A stretch of DNA of 64,000 nt from Tagaea sp. (lineage in GTDB: Bacteria; Pseudomonadota; Alphaproteobacteria; CACIAM-22H2): NCBI GenBank assembly GCA_965279525.1, contig CBDIIB010000004.1, positions 672,001 to 736,000 of the forward strand, in the 5' to 3' direction. The position numbers and the translations under genes are program-made. The notes under the pieces are model-generated. The model searched no databases. It was not told the DNA's origin and saw only the letters and a program-made list of their open reading frames with translations. Positions 10,592-20,833 of this stretch are shown one piece after another; positions within the stretch are counted from its first letter, which is position 1, and the number at the start of each line of letters is the position of its first letter.

Positions 10592-11101
10592 CTATTGCAC
10601 CAAAATTTCTCGGAACAGCACGTCGTTCACGCGTGCGGGAGCTGCCGAAACCTTGATTCGGACAAGCAATTCCTCGCGCAGGCGGGTAAGCCCGGCCGAT
10701 CCACGCAAGTCCTCGGGCCGCAGCTCGCGAAGATAGGTGATCAACGTATCGAGGACACGCGGCAGCGATTCCTCGTACGCCGGCACATCGGCTTCGACGA
10801 TCTCGACCGTCGAGGTGAGCTTGACGAACGCGCCGCGGGCATTGGGCGGGGTGTTGAGGTTCACGAGCACGTCCGGCATCGCGTAGATCGTCGTCTTGGG
10901 CGGCGGCTCGACCTTTTCGGCAACGACCTCGCCTTCCTCCGGCTTCGCGCCGAAGAAGCCGAGGAAATACGCCGCCCCGCCACCTGCGAGAAGCAGCAGG
11001 ATCGGCACGATGATGATGATGAGCTTCTTGCCGGATAGCTTTTTCTTGGGTGCTTCCGCGCCCTCGACTTCGCCTTCCGCTGCTGCTGCCGGTTCGGCCA
11101 T
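10592..11101 (-). CDS. fliL: flagellar basal body-associated protein FliL (copy 2)
   Basis: TM helix, VLVNLN, YLRELRPEDLRGSAG, VLFREILVQ. Confidence 0.93.
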   Translation of the reverse strand: MAEPAAAAEGEVEGAEAPKKKLSGKKLIIIIVPILLLLAGGGAAYFLGFFGAKPEEGEVVAEKVEPPPKTTIYAMPDVLVNLNTPPNARGAFVKLTSTVEIVEADVPAYEESLPRVLDTLITYLRELRPEDLRGSAGLTRLREELLVRIKVSAAPARVNDVLFREILVQ

Positions 11102-11144
11102 GAAGCTGCCCTGGGATTCCTTGCGAATCGTCCGCGTAAGGTAC

Positions 11145-11203
11145 GCCGAATTTATCTAAAGTTCCGCCTATCTTGCCACGGACTGGTTAACGTCCGGTTA
11201 GCG
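11145..11203 (-). promoter_or_regulatory. fliL copy 2 promoter with CtrA-like box (11187-11201)
   Basis: ttaa-cgtccgg-ttag; shares atttatctaaa, ttccg, tgcca and ggttaac blocks with the copy 1 promoter. Confidence 0.65.
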
Positions 11204-11209
11204 GGCGGA

Positions 11210-11704
11210 TCAGCGCGGCCGGGACCTGAGCAGCGTGCGAAGGGCTTCAAGCTCGTCGACGACGGACTGGATCGTCGAACGATCGGCACCGCGCGCGGCC
11301 ACGGGTGCCGCAGCAGGTGAAGGCATCGCGACGGCAACCGCCGCCGGCGGCGTGACGACAAGCGGCCTTGGGATGATCGGCGACGAAGAGACAGCCGGGC
11401 CAGGAACCGGCATGTCGGCAAGCCCATGGTCCTTGAGCAGCCGCTGGACGCCCTTGATCGTGTAGCCGTGCTTGTAGAGAAGCTCGCGGATCCGGCGCAG
11501 CAGTTCGACGTCTTCTGGGCGGTAATAGCGCCGTCCGCCGGCGCGCTTCAGCGGCTTGATCTGCGCGAACCGCGTCTCCCAGAAACGCAGGACATGCTGG
11601 GGAACGTCGAGATCGCCGGCGACTTCGCTGATCGTGCGGAACGCATCGGCCGACTTCCCGCCCCGCCGCAGGACGGGTGCGCTCTCGGCGAAGGGCTCGG
11701 CCAT
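11210..11704 (-). CDS. MerR-family HTH regulator
   Basis: FRTISEVA...HVLRFWE...[11 protein letters not shown]; usual neighbour of ihfA in alphaproteobacteria. Confidence 0.9.
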   Translation of the reverse strand: MAEPFAESAPVLRRGGKSADAFRTISEVAGDLDVPQHVLRFWETRFAQIKPLKRAGGRRYYRPEDVELLRRIRELLYKHGYTIKGVQRLLKDHGLADMPVPGPAVSSSPIIPRPLVVTPPAAVAVAMPSPAAAPVAARGADRSTIQSVVDELEALRTLLRSRPR

Positions 11705-11710
11705 CGGGCC

Positions 11711-12097
11711 TTAGCCCTTGGTCGGCGTGGAACCGGGTTGGCCCGGCGCCTTGGGCGGCGCTGCCGGTGCGGCCAGTGCCGGAGTGGCCTGGCTCGCCTT
11801 CGTCATCGTTCGGTTGATCTTGTTCTTGAGCACGTGCGACGCGCGGAACACGAGCACGCGGCGCGGAAGGATCGGCACTTCCTCGCCGGTTTTCGGGTTG
11901 CGCCCGACGCGCTTGCCCTTCTGGCGGACCGAGAAGCTTCCGAATGACGAAATCTTGACGGTCTCGCCGCGCGTCAGCGCATCGACGATTTCACCAAGGA
12001 CCGTCTCGACGAGGGTTGCCGAATCATTCCTCGAAAGACCGACTTCCTGGTAAACGGCCTCCGAAAGGTCGGCGCGCGTAACCGTGGTCTCCGACAT
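11711..12097 (-). CDS. ihfA: integration host factor alpha
   Basis: [36 protein letters not shown]. Confidence 0.95.
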   Translation of the reverse strand: MSETTVTRADLSEAVYQEVGLSRNDSATLVETVLGEIVDALTRGETVKISSFGSFSVRQKGKRVGRNPKTGEEVPILPRRVLVFRASHVLKNKINRTMTKASQATPALAAPAAPPKAPGQPGSTPTKG

Positions 12098-12210
12098 AGC
12101 AATCCCCCGGCGAAAATTGACTTATGCGAAATGCTAGCCCACGGACCGAAACCGGTCAAATACAAAGGGATGGCGGCCGGAGTTGAATCAAACCCTGCGG
12201 TATCGAAGGC

Positions 12211-13197
12211 CTACCAGCGGATGACGCTGGCGCCCCAGGTAAGGCCGCCGCCGATCGCCTCGAGCAACACGAGCTGGCCCTGCTTGATCCGCCCGTCGCC
12301 GGCCGCTTCGGCCAGCGCCAGCGGGATCGAGGCGGCCGACGTGTTGGCGTGACGCGCGACGGTCGACACCACGCGCTCGGGGCCGAGCCCCAGCTTCTTG
12401 GCCATTCCGTCGATGATGCGCTGGTTGGCCTGGTGCGGGACCAGCCAGTCGATGTCCTTGCCGGTGAGGCCGTTGGCGCCGAGCGCCTCCTCGACGACTT
12501 CGGCCAGCTTGACGACGGCATGGCGGAACACTTCCTGCCCGTTCATCCGCACGACGCCGACCTCGCGGTTCGAGCCCGGGCCGCCGGTGACGAAAAGCGC
12601 GTCCTTGTAGCGGCCGTCCGAATGCAGGTGGCTCGACAGGATGCCGCGGCCCGTGGCGTCGTCCGGCACCTGTTCGGCGCGCAGCACGACCGCCCCTGCC
12701 CCGTCGCCGAACAGCACGCAGGTCGTGCGGTCCTGCCAGTCGAGGATGCGCGTGAAGGTCTCGGCCCCGATCACCAGCGCGTTCTGGACCTGCCCGACCC
12801 GGATGAAATTGTCGGCGATCGACATCGCGTAGACGAATCCCGAGCACACCGCCTGAACGTCGAACGCGAAGCCGTGGCCGTTCATGCCGAGCTTGGCCTG
12901 GACGGCGGTCGCGGTCGCCGGGAACGTGTTGTCGGGCGTCGTCGTCGCGACGATGACGAGATCGATCTTGTCGGCCGGGATACCTGCGTTTGCCAGCGCC
13001 CGCTTGGCCGCCTCGGTGGCGAGGTCGGACGTGCGCTCGTCCTCGGCGGCGATGTGGCGCTGGCGGATGCCGGTGCGCGCGACGATCCACTCGTCCGTCG
13101 TTTCGACGCGCTTGGAAAGCGCTTCGTTCGTGACGACGTTGGCGGGCAGATAGGCGCCCGTTCCGCAAACCACCGAACGACGAATCGTGCCAGGCAT
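12211..13197 (-). CDS. fabH: beta-ketoacyl-ACP synthase III
   Basis: [31 protein letters not shown]; start MPGTIRR at 13197. Confidence 0.96.
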   Translation of the reverse strand: MPGTIRRSVVCGTGAYLPANVVTNEALSKRVETTDEWIVARTGIRQRHIAAEDERTSDLATEAAKRALANAGIPADKIDLVIVATTTPDNTFPATATAVQAKLGMNGHGFAFDVQAVCSGFVYAMSIADNFIRVGQVQNALVIGAETFTRILDWQDRTTCVLFGDGAGAVVLRAEQVPDDATGRGILSSHLHSDGRYKDALFVTGGPGSNREVGVVRMNGQEVFRHAVVKLAEVVEEALGANGLTGKDIDWLVPHQANQRIIDGMAKKLGLGPERVVSTVARHANTSAASIPLALAEAAGDGRIKQGQLVLLEAIGGGLTWGASVIRW

Positions 13198-13205
13198 CTT
13201 CGTCC

Positions 13206-14249
13206 TCAGCCCGTCGCCAGCTGCGGGGACGGCGGCGGCGCCAGATGCGCCAGCTCGTCGCGAATCTTCTCGTTGAGACCGTGCGTGATCATGTCGACCG
13301 CGACGCCGAGCGCGTTGGCGAAGCCGAGCGCGTCGGTTCCGCCATGGCTCTTCACGACGATCCCGTTGAGGCCCACGAACATGGCGCCGTTGTAGCGGCG
13401 CGGATCGACGCGCAGGCGGACCTTCTTGATGGCCGACTGCGCCAGCAGGTAGCCCAGCTTGGCGAAGATCGACGAAGAGAACGCGCCCTTGAGGAAACCG
13501 GAATAGAGCTTCGACGTCCCTTCGGCGATCTTCAGCGCGATGTTGCCCGTGAACCCGTCGGTCACCACCACGTCGACCGTGCCCGCAGGCACGTCGTCGC
13601 CTTCCACGAAGCCGTGGAAACGGATCGGCAGATGCGTTTCCCGCAGCCAGGCGGCGGCGTTGCGCAGTTCTTCGTGGCCCTTCATTTCTTCCGAGCCGAC
13701 ATTGAGCAGGCCGACGCTGGGCTGGGCAAGGCCAAGCACCGAGCGCGCGAACACCTCGCCCATGATCGCGAACTGGACGAGGTTGTTGGTGTCGCACTGG
13801 ACGTTGGCGCCGAGGTCGAGCATGACGCTCTCGCCGCGCGTCGTGGGAAACAGCGATGCGATCGCCGGCCGGTCGATGCCCGGCAGGGTCTTGAGGACGA
13901 ACTTCGCCATCGCCATCAGGGCGCCGGTATTGCCTGCCGAAACGATGCCGGCGGCTTCGCCGTCGCGCACCGCGTCGATGGCAAGACGCATGCTCGACTT
14001 GCGGCCCGAGCGCAACGCGATCGCGGGCTTCGCGTCGCTCGCGACGAAGTCGGAGGTATGGACGATCCGTGCCGTCTTCTTGAGATAGCGCGTGGCCGCC
14101 ACGAGCGGCGCCACCTTCGCCTCATCGCCGAAAAGCAGGAACTCGACGAACGGGTGGCGCTCCTGAGCCAGGTCGCAGCCGGCGATCGCCATGCCGGGGG
14201 CGCTGTCGCCCCCCATCGCGTCGACGGACAACACGAGCCGCTGGCTCAA
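13206..14249 (-). CDS. plsX: phosphate acyltransferase PlsX
   Basis: [35 protein letters not shown]. Confidence 0.97.
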   Translation of the reverse strand: MSQRLVLSVDAMGGDSAPGMAIAGCDLAQERHPFVEFLLFGDEAKVAPLVAATRYLKKTARIVHTSDFVASDAKPAIALRSGRKSSMRLAIDAVRDGEAAGIVSAGNTGALMAMAKFVLKTLPGIDRPAIASLFPTTRGESVMLDLGANVQCDTNNLVQFAIMGEVFARSVLGLAQPSVGLLNVGSEEMKGHEELRNAAAWLRETHLPIRFHGFVEGDDVPAGTVDVVVTDGFTGNIALKIAEGTSKLYSGFLKGAFSSSIFAKLGYLLAQSAIKKVRLRVDPRRYNGAMFVGLNGIVVKSHGGTDALGFANALGVAVDMITHGLNEKIRDELAHLAPPPSPQLATG

Positions 14250-14286
14250 GATCGTTGGCCCCCTGGCCTAGCGGCGTGACGCAGGC

Positions 14287-14475
14287 TTAAGCCTGCGCCG
14301 GTTCGGACGCGACGACTTCGCGCCCGTCATAGAATCCGCACGCGCCGCAGATATGGTGCGGGCGCTTCAGTTCGCCGCAATTCGGGCACTCGGCATACGA
14401 CGCCGCCGAAAGGGCGTGGTGCGAGCGGCGCATGTTGCGACGCGAGGGAGAAACTTTCTTCTTGGGAACCGCCAT
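14287..14475 (-). CDS. rpmF: 50S ribosomal protein L32
   Basis: [19 protein letters not shown]...CPNCG...HHICGACG. Confidence 0.97.
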   Translation of the reverse strand: MAVPKKKVSPSRRNMRRSHHALSAASYAECPNCGELKRPHHICGACGFYDGREVVASEPAQA

Positions 14476-14605
14476 GACACAACCTCGTCCAAGAGCCGAC
14501 GCACGATGCGTACGACCCTGTAAAACCAAAACGTCGTCCGGAATTCAGGGGCCTAGATAGACAATTCCGGGCCGCCGCTCAAGCCTTCTTTCGCCCGGAT
14601 CGAGG

Positions 14606-15175
14606 CTATTTTTCCTTTTTAAGTCTTGCCTTCAGATCGGCGAATGGCCGGATCTTGCCTTCCGGCGGGGCACTTGCCGCCTCGGCCGGCGCGTCTTCCC
14701 CCCAGGTCTGGGTAAAGGCGGCACCCGGCGCGCGCGGATAGGGATCGAGAGCGACCGCGAACTCCTGTGCGACCAGTTCGCCCAGATCGAGCGGACCTTC
14801 GGGAAGGGGCTCCTCGAGTTCCTCCTCGGGGTCGATGGCATCGAGATCGACATCCCCGGCCTCGTCCACCGGCAGCGGCTTCAGGTCTTCGGGCGGAACG
14901 AACACGACCGAAAACGACTCGTCCATCGTCTGCGCGACCGGTTGCAACGAGACGACGCAGGCTTGCGAAAGGCTGGCGCGGATACGTCCTTCGACCCGGA
15001 CCGCCCTGCCCGCACGCACACGCTGGAGCTTGAGTTCGGCCGCGAGCCGCCCGATGCCGAGGATGCCGAAGCGCGCGGCAAGGGCGACGCGCTCGGGCCC
15101 ATCGGCTTCGATCCGCTGGTGCACCGCCCGGTCGCGCAGCGCATCCAGCGCCAAAGGCCGCATGAATTCGGTCAT
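14606..15175 (-). CDS. YceD/DUF177 family protein
   Basis: QACVVSLQP, LDLGELVAQEFAVALDPYPR, PFADLK; precedes rpmF. Confidence 0.88.
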   Translation of the reverse strand: MTEFMRPLALDALRDRAVHQRIEADGPERVALAARFGILGIGRLAAELKLQRVRAGRAVRVEGRIRASLSQACVVSLQPVAQTMDESFSVVFVPPEDLKPLPVDEAGDVDLDAIDPEEELEEPLPEGPLDLGELVAQEFAVALDPYPRAPGAAFTQTWGEDAPAEAASAPPEGKIRPFADLKARLKKEK

Positions 15176-15715
15176 GCCGGCACCGCCGGTTCCGGAAACG
15201 CGATCCGCCCTTCGGTAACATCCTGGTCGGCCAGTGCCGCGATCGCGGCGCGCACATAGCGCGCAGCGGCAGCGAGGCTCGCCGGCGGAGTCGTCTCGCG
15301 CGTTCCATAGAGGTTGCGGGCGAGTGCGGCCACGAGGCGCGTATCGTCCGGATCGGCGACGGCTTCCTCGTAGACGGCCGCACGGCCATAGAGCGCCTGC
15401 GCCATCTGCTTCACGCGGCGCGACACGCCCATGTCGCCGACACCGAGTTCGCGCACCGAGCGGTCCATGTCGTCGACGAAAGCGTCGACGAGATTCTGCG
15501 CGAGTGCTGCGGCCGCCGCATTTTCCTCGCGCTTGAGCCGGTTGAGGACGAGGAACGCGTGCAGCGCCACTGAGTCGAACCGGCCGTCGAGCGAATCGGG
15601 CACGTCGAGACGCGCATAGAAATCCGGATGCCTGGCCTGGGACACCAGCCCGACATAGAGGGCATGCGCCGCATCCTTGGCGGCATCGCGCCGAAAAAAG
15701 CCTCGAAAACACCAT
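15172..15715 (-). CDS. ubiquinol-cytochrome c chaperone (Cbp3-like); natural ATG is out of frame with the body
   Basis: LYVGLVSQARHP, VPDSLDGRFD, DMDRSVRELGVGDMGV, LARNLY. ATG 15715 with an AAGGG SD needs a +1 shift to join this frame. Confidence 0.8.
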
Positions 15716-15824
15716 TCTTGAACCCTTTGTCCGCCGGGGCCGGCGCCACCCGTTGACAGATGCTTCCCCCCGGCCCAACTTCCCGGAGCAAGATGTGGGC
15801 AAAGGCGCCCGGAGATCAACGACG

Positions 15825-16274
15825 ATGCGCGCAAGACAGGCAATCGCGGCCGGAATCATGGCTCTGACGCTGGGCGGGTGCGAGTTCGGCTTCACCGACC
15901 TGCGCGGCTATGTGCCCGACGAAGAACAGCTGGCACAGCTCGAACCGGGCCGCCAGACGCGCGACGACGTGCAGCAGCTTCTTGGCTCGCCCGCCTCGCA
16001 AGGCGTCTTCGACGCCGAGCAGAGCTGGTACTACATCATGCGCAGGACCTACCAGATCGCCTTCTTCGAGCCCGAAGTGCTCGACCAGAAGGTCGTCGTC
16101 GTCCATTTCGACAATGACGGGACCCTGCGCGACGTGCGCCGCTACAGCCTCGAAGACGGCCTGGTCGTCGATCCGGTGACGCGCGAGACGCCGGCCCCGG
16201 GCAAGGAACTGACCTTCGTCGAGCAGCTTCTGGGCAATCTCGGAAAATTCAACAAGGCGACGCCCGCCCGCTAG
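15825..16274 (+). CDS. bamE: outer membrane protein assembly lipoprotein BamE
   Basis: Lipobox LGGC, TRDDVQQLLGSP, WYY, ETPAPGKELTFVEQLLGNLG. Confidence 0.9.
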   Translation: MRARQAIAAGIMALTLGGCEFGFTDLRGYVPDEEQLAQLEPGRQTRDDVQQLLGSPASQGVFDAEQSWYYIMRRTYQIAFFEPEVLDQKVVVVHFDNDGTLRDVRRYSLEDGLVVDPVTRETPAPGKELTFVEQLLGNLGKFNKATPAR

Positions 16275-16295
16275 CCGGCAGCGGTCGGACCGACG

Positions 16296-16327
16296 AAAAA
16301 GGCCCCGGGATTGCTCCCGGGGCCTTT
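16296..16327. terminator. bidirectional intrinsic terminator between bamE and hppA
   Basis: aaaaa-ggccccggga-ttgc-tcccggggcc-ttt. Confidence 0.88.
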
Positions 16328-16355
16328 CGTCTTTGGACTTTCCGTTCGTCCGCGA

Positions 16356-18437
16356 TCAGTGGCCGCCGGCCAGGATCGCGAGCAGCAGGATCGCGACGAT
16401 ATTGATGATCTTGATCATCGGATTGACGGCCGGACCGGCCGTGTCCTTGTAGGGGTCGCCGACGGTGTCGCCGGTGACCGCCGCCTTGTGGGCGTCGGAC
16501 CCCTTGCCGCCGTAGTGGCCCTCTTCGATGTACTTCTTGGCGTTGTCCCACGCACCGCCGCCCGACGTCATCGAGATGGCGACGAACAGGCCCGTGACGA
16601 TCGTGCCGAGGAGCATGGCGCCCATCGACGCGAAGGCTTCCGCCTGTCCCGCGATCATCAGGATCACGAAGTAGAGGACGATCGGTGCCAGCACCGGCAG
16701 CAGCGAGGGGATGATCATCTCGCGGATTGCCGACGCCGTCAGCATGTCGACCGCACGGCCGTAGTCCGGCTTGCCCGTCCCGGCCATGATGCCCGGGATC
16801 TCGCGGAACTGGCGGCGCACTTCCTCGACCACGGCACCGGCGGCCTTGCCGACCGCCGTCATGCCCATTGCCCCGAACAGGAAGGGCAGCGAGCCGCCAA
16901 TGAACAGGCCGACGACCACGTACGGATTCGTCAGGCTGAAATTGACCTTGCCCGCCAGCTGCGGAAACAGCCGTTCCAGGTCGTAGATGTAGGCCGCGAA
17001 CAGCACCACGGCAGCGAGACCGGCAGAACCGATCGCGTAGCCCTTGGTGACCGCCTTGGTCGTGTTGCCCACCGCGTCGAGCGCGTCGGTGAACTTGCGC
17101 ACTTCCTTGGGCAGGCCCGACATCTCGGCAATGCCGCCGGCATTGTCGGTGACGGGGCCGTAGGCATCGAGCGCCACGATGATGCCGGCGAGTGCCAGCA
17201 TCGTCGTCGCCGCGATGCCGATCCCGTAGAGACCGCCGGTCAGGTACGAGGCGAGGATGCCCGCACAGATCACGACCACCGGAAGGAACGTCGATTCCAG
17301 CGAGATCGCGAGACCCTGGATGACGTTCGTGCCGTGGCCCGTCTGCGAGGCGGCCGCCACCGAACGGACCGGGCGGTATTCGGTGCCCGTGTAGTATTCG
17401 GTGATCCACACGAGCAGGGCCGTGACGCCCATGCCGACGAGGGCGCAGATGAACATGCCCATGCCGGTCGAGTTGCCGATCTTCGTGTCGAAGCCGATGT
17501 ACTGCTGCGTCACGAAGAAGATCAGCACGGTCGAGGCGACACCGGTCACGATCAGCGACTTGTAGAGCGCCTTCATGATGTTGCCGTCGGGCCCGAGCTT
17601 GACGAAGAACGTGCCCAGGACCGAGGCCGCGATGCACACGCCCGCGATGAGCAGCGGGTACATCATCATGGTCAGCGTCTGTTCGCCGGTGAAGAAGATG
17701 GTGGCGAGCAGCATCGTGGCCACGATCGTCACGGCGTAGGTTTCGAAAAGGTCGGCGGCCATGCCGGCGCAGTCGCCGACGTTGTCGCCGACGTTGTCGG
17801 CGATCACGGCCGGGTTGCGCGGGTCATCCTCGGGGATACCCGCTTCGACCTTGCCGACGAGGTCGGCGCCGACATCCGCACCCTTGGTGAAGATGCCGCC
17901 GCCCAGACGCGCGAAGATCGAGATCAGCGAGGCGCCGAACGAAAGTGCCACGAGCGCTTCGACGGTGGCCGAAGAGGTGGCACCCTTCCACGAGGAGAGG
18001 GCGCCGAAATAGCCCGTCACGCCGAGGATGCCGAGGCCGACAACCAGCAGGCCGGTGATGGCGCCCGCCTTGAAGGCGACGTCGAGTGCCGGCTGCAGGC
18101 CGCCGCGCGCGGCTTCCGCCGTGCGCACGTTGGCGCGGACCGAGACGTTCATGCCGATGTAGCCGGTGGCACCCGAAAGGACCGCGCCGACGACGAAGCC
18201 GAGGGCCACGTGGATGCCGAGCGTGAAGGCGAGGACCAGCGCCACGAGGACGCCGACGATCGCGATCGTGCGGTACTGGCGGTTGAGATATGCCCCAGCG
18301 CCTTCGGCGATGGCGGCGGCGATTTTCTGCATGGTTTCGTTACCGGCAGAAACCGCGACGACCTGGCGGTACGCGACGATCCCGTAAAGGATCGCGAGAA
18401 TACCGCACGCAATGATGAGCCAAAACGCGCCTGACAT
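16356..18437 (-). CDS. hppA: membrane H+-translocating pyrophosphatase, K+-independent signature
   Basis: [26 protein letters not shown] (Lys at the K+-dependence position), [10 protein letters not shown]. Confidence 0.96.
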   Translation of the reverse strand: MSGAFWLIIACGILAILYGIVAYRQVVAVSAGNETMQKIAAAIAEGAGAYLNRQYRTIAIVGVLVALVLAFTLGIHVALGFVVGAVLSGATGYIGMNVSVRANVRTAEAARGGLQPALDVAFKAGAITGLLVVGLGILGVTGYFGALSSWKGATSSATVEALVALSFGASLISIFARLGGGIFTKGADVGADLVGKVEAGIPEDDPRNPAVIADNVGDNVGDCAGMAADLFETYAVTIVATMLLATIFFTGEQTLTMMMYPLLIAGVCIAASVLGTFFVKLGPDGNIMKALYKSLIVTGVASTVLIFFVTQQYIGFDTKIGNSTGMGMFICALVGMGVTALLVWITEYYTGTEYRPVRSVAAASQTGHGTNVIQGLAISLESTFLPVVVICAGILASYLTGGLYGIGIAATTMLALAGIIVALDAYGPVTDNAGGIAEMSGLPKEVRKFTDALDAVGNTTKAVTKGYAIGSAGLAAVVLFAAYIYDLERLFPQLAGKVNFSLTNPYVVVGLFIGGSLPFLFGAMGMTAVGKAAGAVVEEVRRQFREIPGIMAGTGKPDYGRAVDMLTASAIREMIIPSLLPVLAPIVLYFVILMIAGQAEAFASMGAMLLGTIVTGLFVAISMTSGGGAWDNAKKYIEEGHYGGKGSDAHKAAVTGDTVGDPYKDTAGPAVNPMIKIINIVAILLLAILAGGH

Positions 18438-18610
18438 GAGTTCCGGTCCTCGGTTTTTCTTTTAGGTTCAAAGACTTCCTTCGGGACTCGCGAAGCGGGC
18501 CCGAAAGCGGGGCGGAACATGCCAGATGCCCCCCTGTAGCGCAAGGCTTTGCGCGGGCATCGCAAACCCGCATATTCGCTCGGTTTTTCACTGTCCGGAA
18601 CGCCATTGCC

Positions 18611-19186
18611 ATGCCCTTCCTCCTCGCCGGCCTTCTCCTGTTTCTCGGCACGCACCTCGTCACGACCCGCCGTGCGCTCCGGGCGGACCTGATCGCGCGG
18701 CTTGGGGCCAACGGCTACAAAGGCATCTATACGGCCGCTTCGATCGCCGGCTTCGTCCTGCTGATCTATGGCTTCGGCAGCTATCGCGCCCAGGGATATG
18801 TCGACATCTGGACACCGCCCAAGGCACTGACGCATGTCGCCTACCTGCTTCTACTGCCGGTCTTCGTCCTGCTGGCGGCCCAGCGGCCAAGCTGGATCAA
18901 GACCAAGGTGCGCCATCCGATGCTGCTGGCGATCAAGTGCTGGGCGCTGGCACACCTGCTCGTCAACGGCGATCTGGGATCGATGCTGATGTTCGGCGGA
19001 TTCCTCGCTTGGGCCATCGTCTCGCGCGTGTCGCTGCGCGAACGTGAGCGCGTCGAAGGATCGACGCTTCAGCCGACGGCGTTCGGCAAAAGCGACGTTC
19101 TCGCACTGGCCGTCGGGCTGGCCGCTTATGTCGTCTTCGCGCTGTGGCTCCACCCGATGCTGATCGGCGTGCCGGTCTTCGGCTAG
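18611..19186 (+). CDS. NnrU family membrane protein
   Basis: LFLGTH, RHPML, WALAHLLVNGD, HPMLIGV. Confidence 0.88.
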   Translation: MPFLLAGLLLFLGTHLVTTRRALRADLIARLGANGYKGIYTAASIAGFVLLIYGFGSYRAQGYVDIWTPPKALTHVAYLLLLPVFVLLAAQRPSWIKTKVRHPMLLAIKCWALAHLLVNGDLGSMLMFGGFLAWAIVSRVSLRERERVEGSTLQPTAFGKSDVLALAVGLAAYVVFALWLHPMLIGVPVFG

Positions 19187-20385
19187 CCCTGCGCCGCGCC
19201 CCGGTTGCGCGCGGCGAGCCACGCGAGTGCCGCGAACGACGCGACGATCAGCGGCAGCACGCTTGCGTTGATCGCCGACCAGCCGATCGTGTTCTGCAGC
19301 CAGCCGGCCGCAGCCGCGGCGGCGGCGACCGTGCCGAACACGATGAAGTCGTTGGCGGCCTGGACCTTGGCCTTCTCGGGCGGACGGTACGTTTCCGTCA
19401 GCAGCGTCGTGGCGCCGATATAGAGGAAGTTCCAGCCCAGCCCGAGCAGGATCAATCCCACATAGAAATTCCAGAACTCGAGCCCCGCGAGCACGATGCC
19501 CGCCGACCCGACGAGCAGCACCGCGCCCGCCTTCATGACGTTGAGCAGGCCGAAGCGCGCGATGATCGTGCCTGTGAAGAACGACGGCACGAACATCGCC
19601 AGCACATGCGCCTGGATGGTGCGCGCCGCGTCGTCGAAGAGATGGCCGCAGGCGATCATCGCCAGCGGCGTTGCGTTCATCACCAGCGACATGACGCTGT
19701 AGGCGACCACACCGGAGAAGATCGCGACCGCCGCCTTGGGCTGGGTGAGGATTTCGGCAAGCGGGCGCGAGGCGCCCGTCTGCTCGTCGCCGCTCGGCAC
19801 CGGGATGTCGACGAGCTGGACGGCAAGCAGCGCCAGGATCGAAACGAACGCGAGCGCCACGAACGAACCGACGAACGCGACGGGCTCGAACAGGTCGTGC
19901 GTTAGCCTGGCAAGCTCCGGCCCGGCGACGCCCGCGAACACGCCGCCGGCGAGCACGTAGCTGATCGCCTTGCCGCGCCCGGCCGCGGGCACGCCGTCGG
20001 CCGCCGCAAAGCGGTAGAACAGGCCGAAGCCGCTATAGACGCCGTTCAGCATGCTGCCGACACAGAACAGCAGGAACGATCCGTCGAAAATGCCGACGAC
20101 GCAGACGATCTGTCCGGCAAGGCCGAACGCGGCACCCAGCGAGAATCCCGCACGTCGCCCGTAGCGCTTCATCAGGAACGATGCCGGGAACGTCGTCAGC
20201 ATCGCGGCGAGCTGCATGAGGCCCACGGGAAGCGTGGCCATCGACTTGTTCTCGGCGAGCATGTGGCCCACGAGGGCCGCCTCGGCGATCATCGTCGAGG
20301 TCCCGATCATCAGCAGGGCCTGGGCGACCGACAGCACGATCACGTTGCGGCGCGTCTTATCGGCCGTCGACACGGTGGAGTCCAT
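19183..20385 (-). CDS. MFS transporter
   Basis: About 12 hydrophobic segments, MKRYGRR, YRFAAAD; start MDSTVS. Confidence 0.9.
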   Translation of the reverse strand: MDSTVSTADKTRRNVIVLSVAQALLMIGTSTMIAEAALVGHMLAENKSMATLPVGLMQLAAMLTTFPASFLMKRYGRRAGFSLGAAFGLAGQIVCVVGIFDGSFLLFCVGSMLNGVYSGFGLFYRFAAADGVPAAGRGKAISYVLAGGVFAGVAGPELARLTHDLFEPVAFVGSFVALAFVSILALLAVQLVDIPVPSGDEQTGASRPLAEILTQPKAAVAIFSGVVAYSVMSLVMNATPLAMIACGHLFDDAARTIQAHVLAMFVPSFFTGTIIARFGLLNVMKAGAVLLVGSAGIVLAGLEFWNFYVGLILLGLGWNFLYIGATTLLTETYRPPEKAKVQAANDFIVFGTVAAAAAAAGWLQNTIGWSAINASVLPLIVASFAALAWLAARNRGAAQG

Positions 20386-20402
20386 TTTCGCTTTTCCGGC
20401 TT

Positions 20403-20813
20403 TCAGCTTCCGATGCGCCGTTCGAGCACGCGCTCGAAGACGATGTCCTCGATGATGCCTTCCTTGCCGAGGATCTTGGCCGAGGAGGCGAGCATCCGGC
20501 GCTTGGCGCGCTCGCGGTCGAAATGGTCGCCGCGCGAGGCGACGTCGTTGAGATCGAACACGTAGGCGTTCTGCAGCCGGTCCATGGCGTTGCGCACGGC
20601 GTCCATGTCTTCCTTGCGCGCGATGCGCAGCTTGATCAGCAGCGCATAGTGCCGGCGCACCTGGTCGCCCTGGATCGCGGGCACCAGCATGCGCGGCAGG
20701 AAAAGCTCGGCGCCCGGATCGTCGACGATCGGGCCTTCGGCCGGCTTGTCCTGGGCGTGCAGCGGCGCCACGGCAAGGCAAAGGAGAATCGCGAGAGCGA
20801 CGAGGAAACGCAT
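20403..20813 (-). CDS. exported hypothetical protein, weakly FliL-like
   Basis: Signal peptide (…APLHA); C-terminal pattern resembles the FliL periplasmic domain. Confidence 0.6.
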   Translation of the reverse strand: MRFLVALAILLCLAVAPLHAQDKPAEGPIVDDPGAELFLPRMLVPAIQGDQVRRHYALLIKLRIARKEDMDAVRNAMDRLQNAYVFDLNDVASRGDHFDRERAKRRMLASSAKILGKEGIIEDIVFERVLERRIGS

Positions 20814-20833
20814 CGCGCGACTATGGACCAGCC

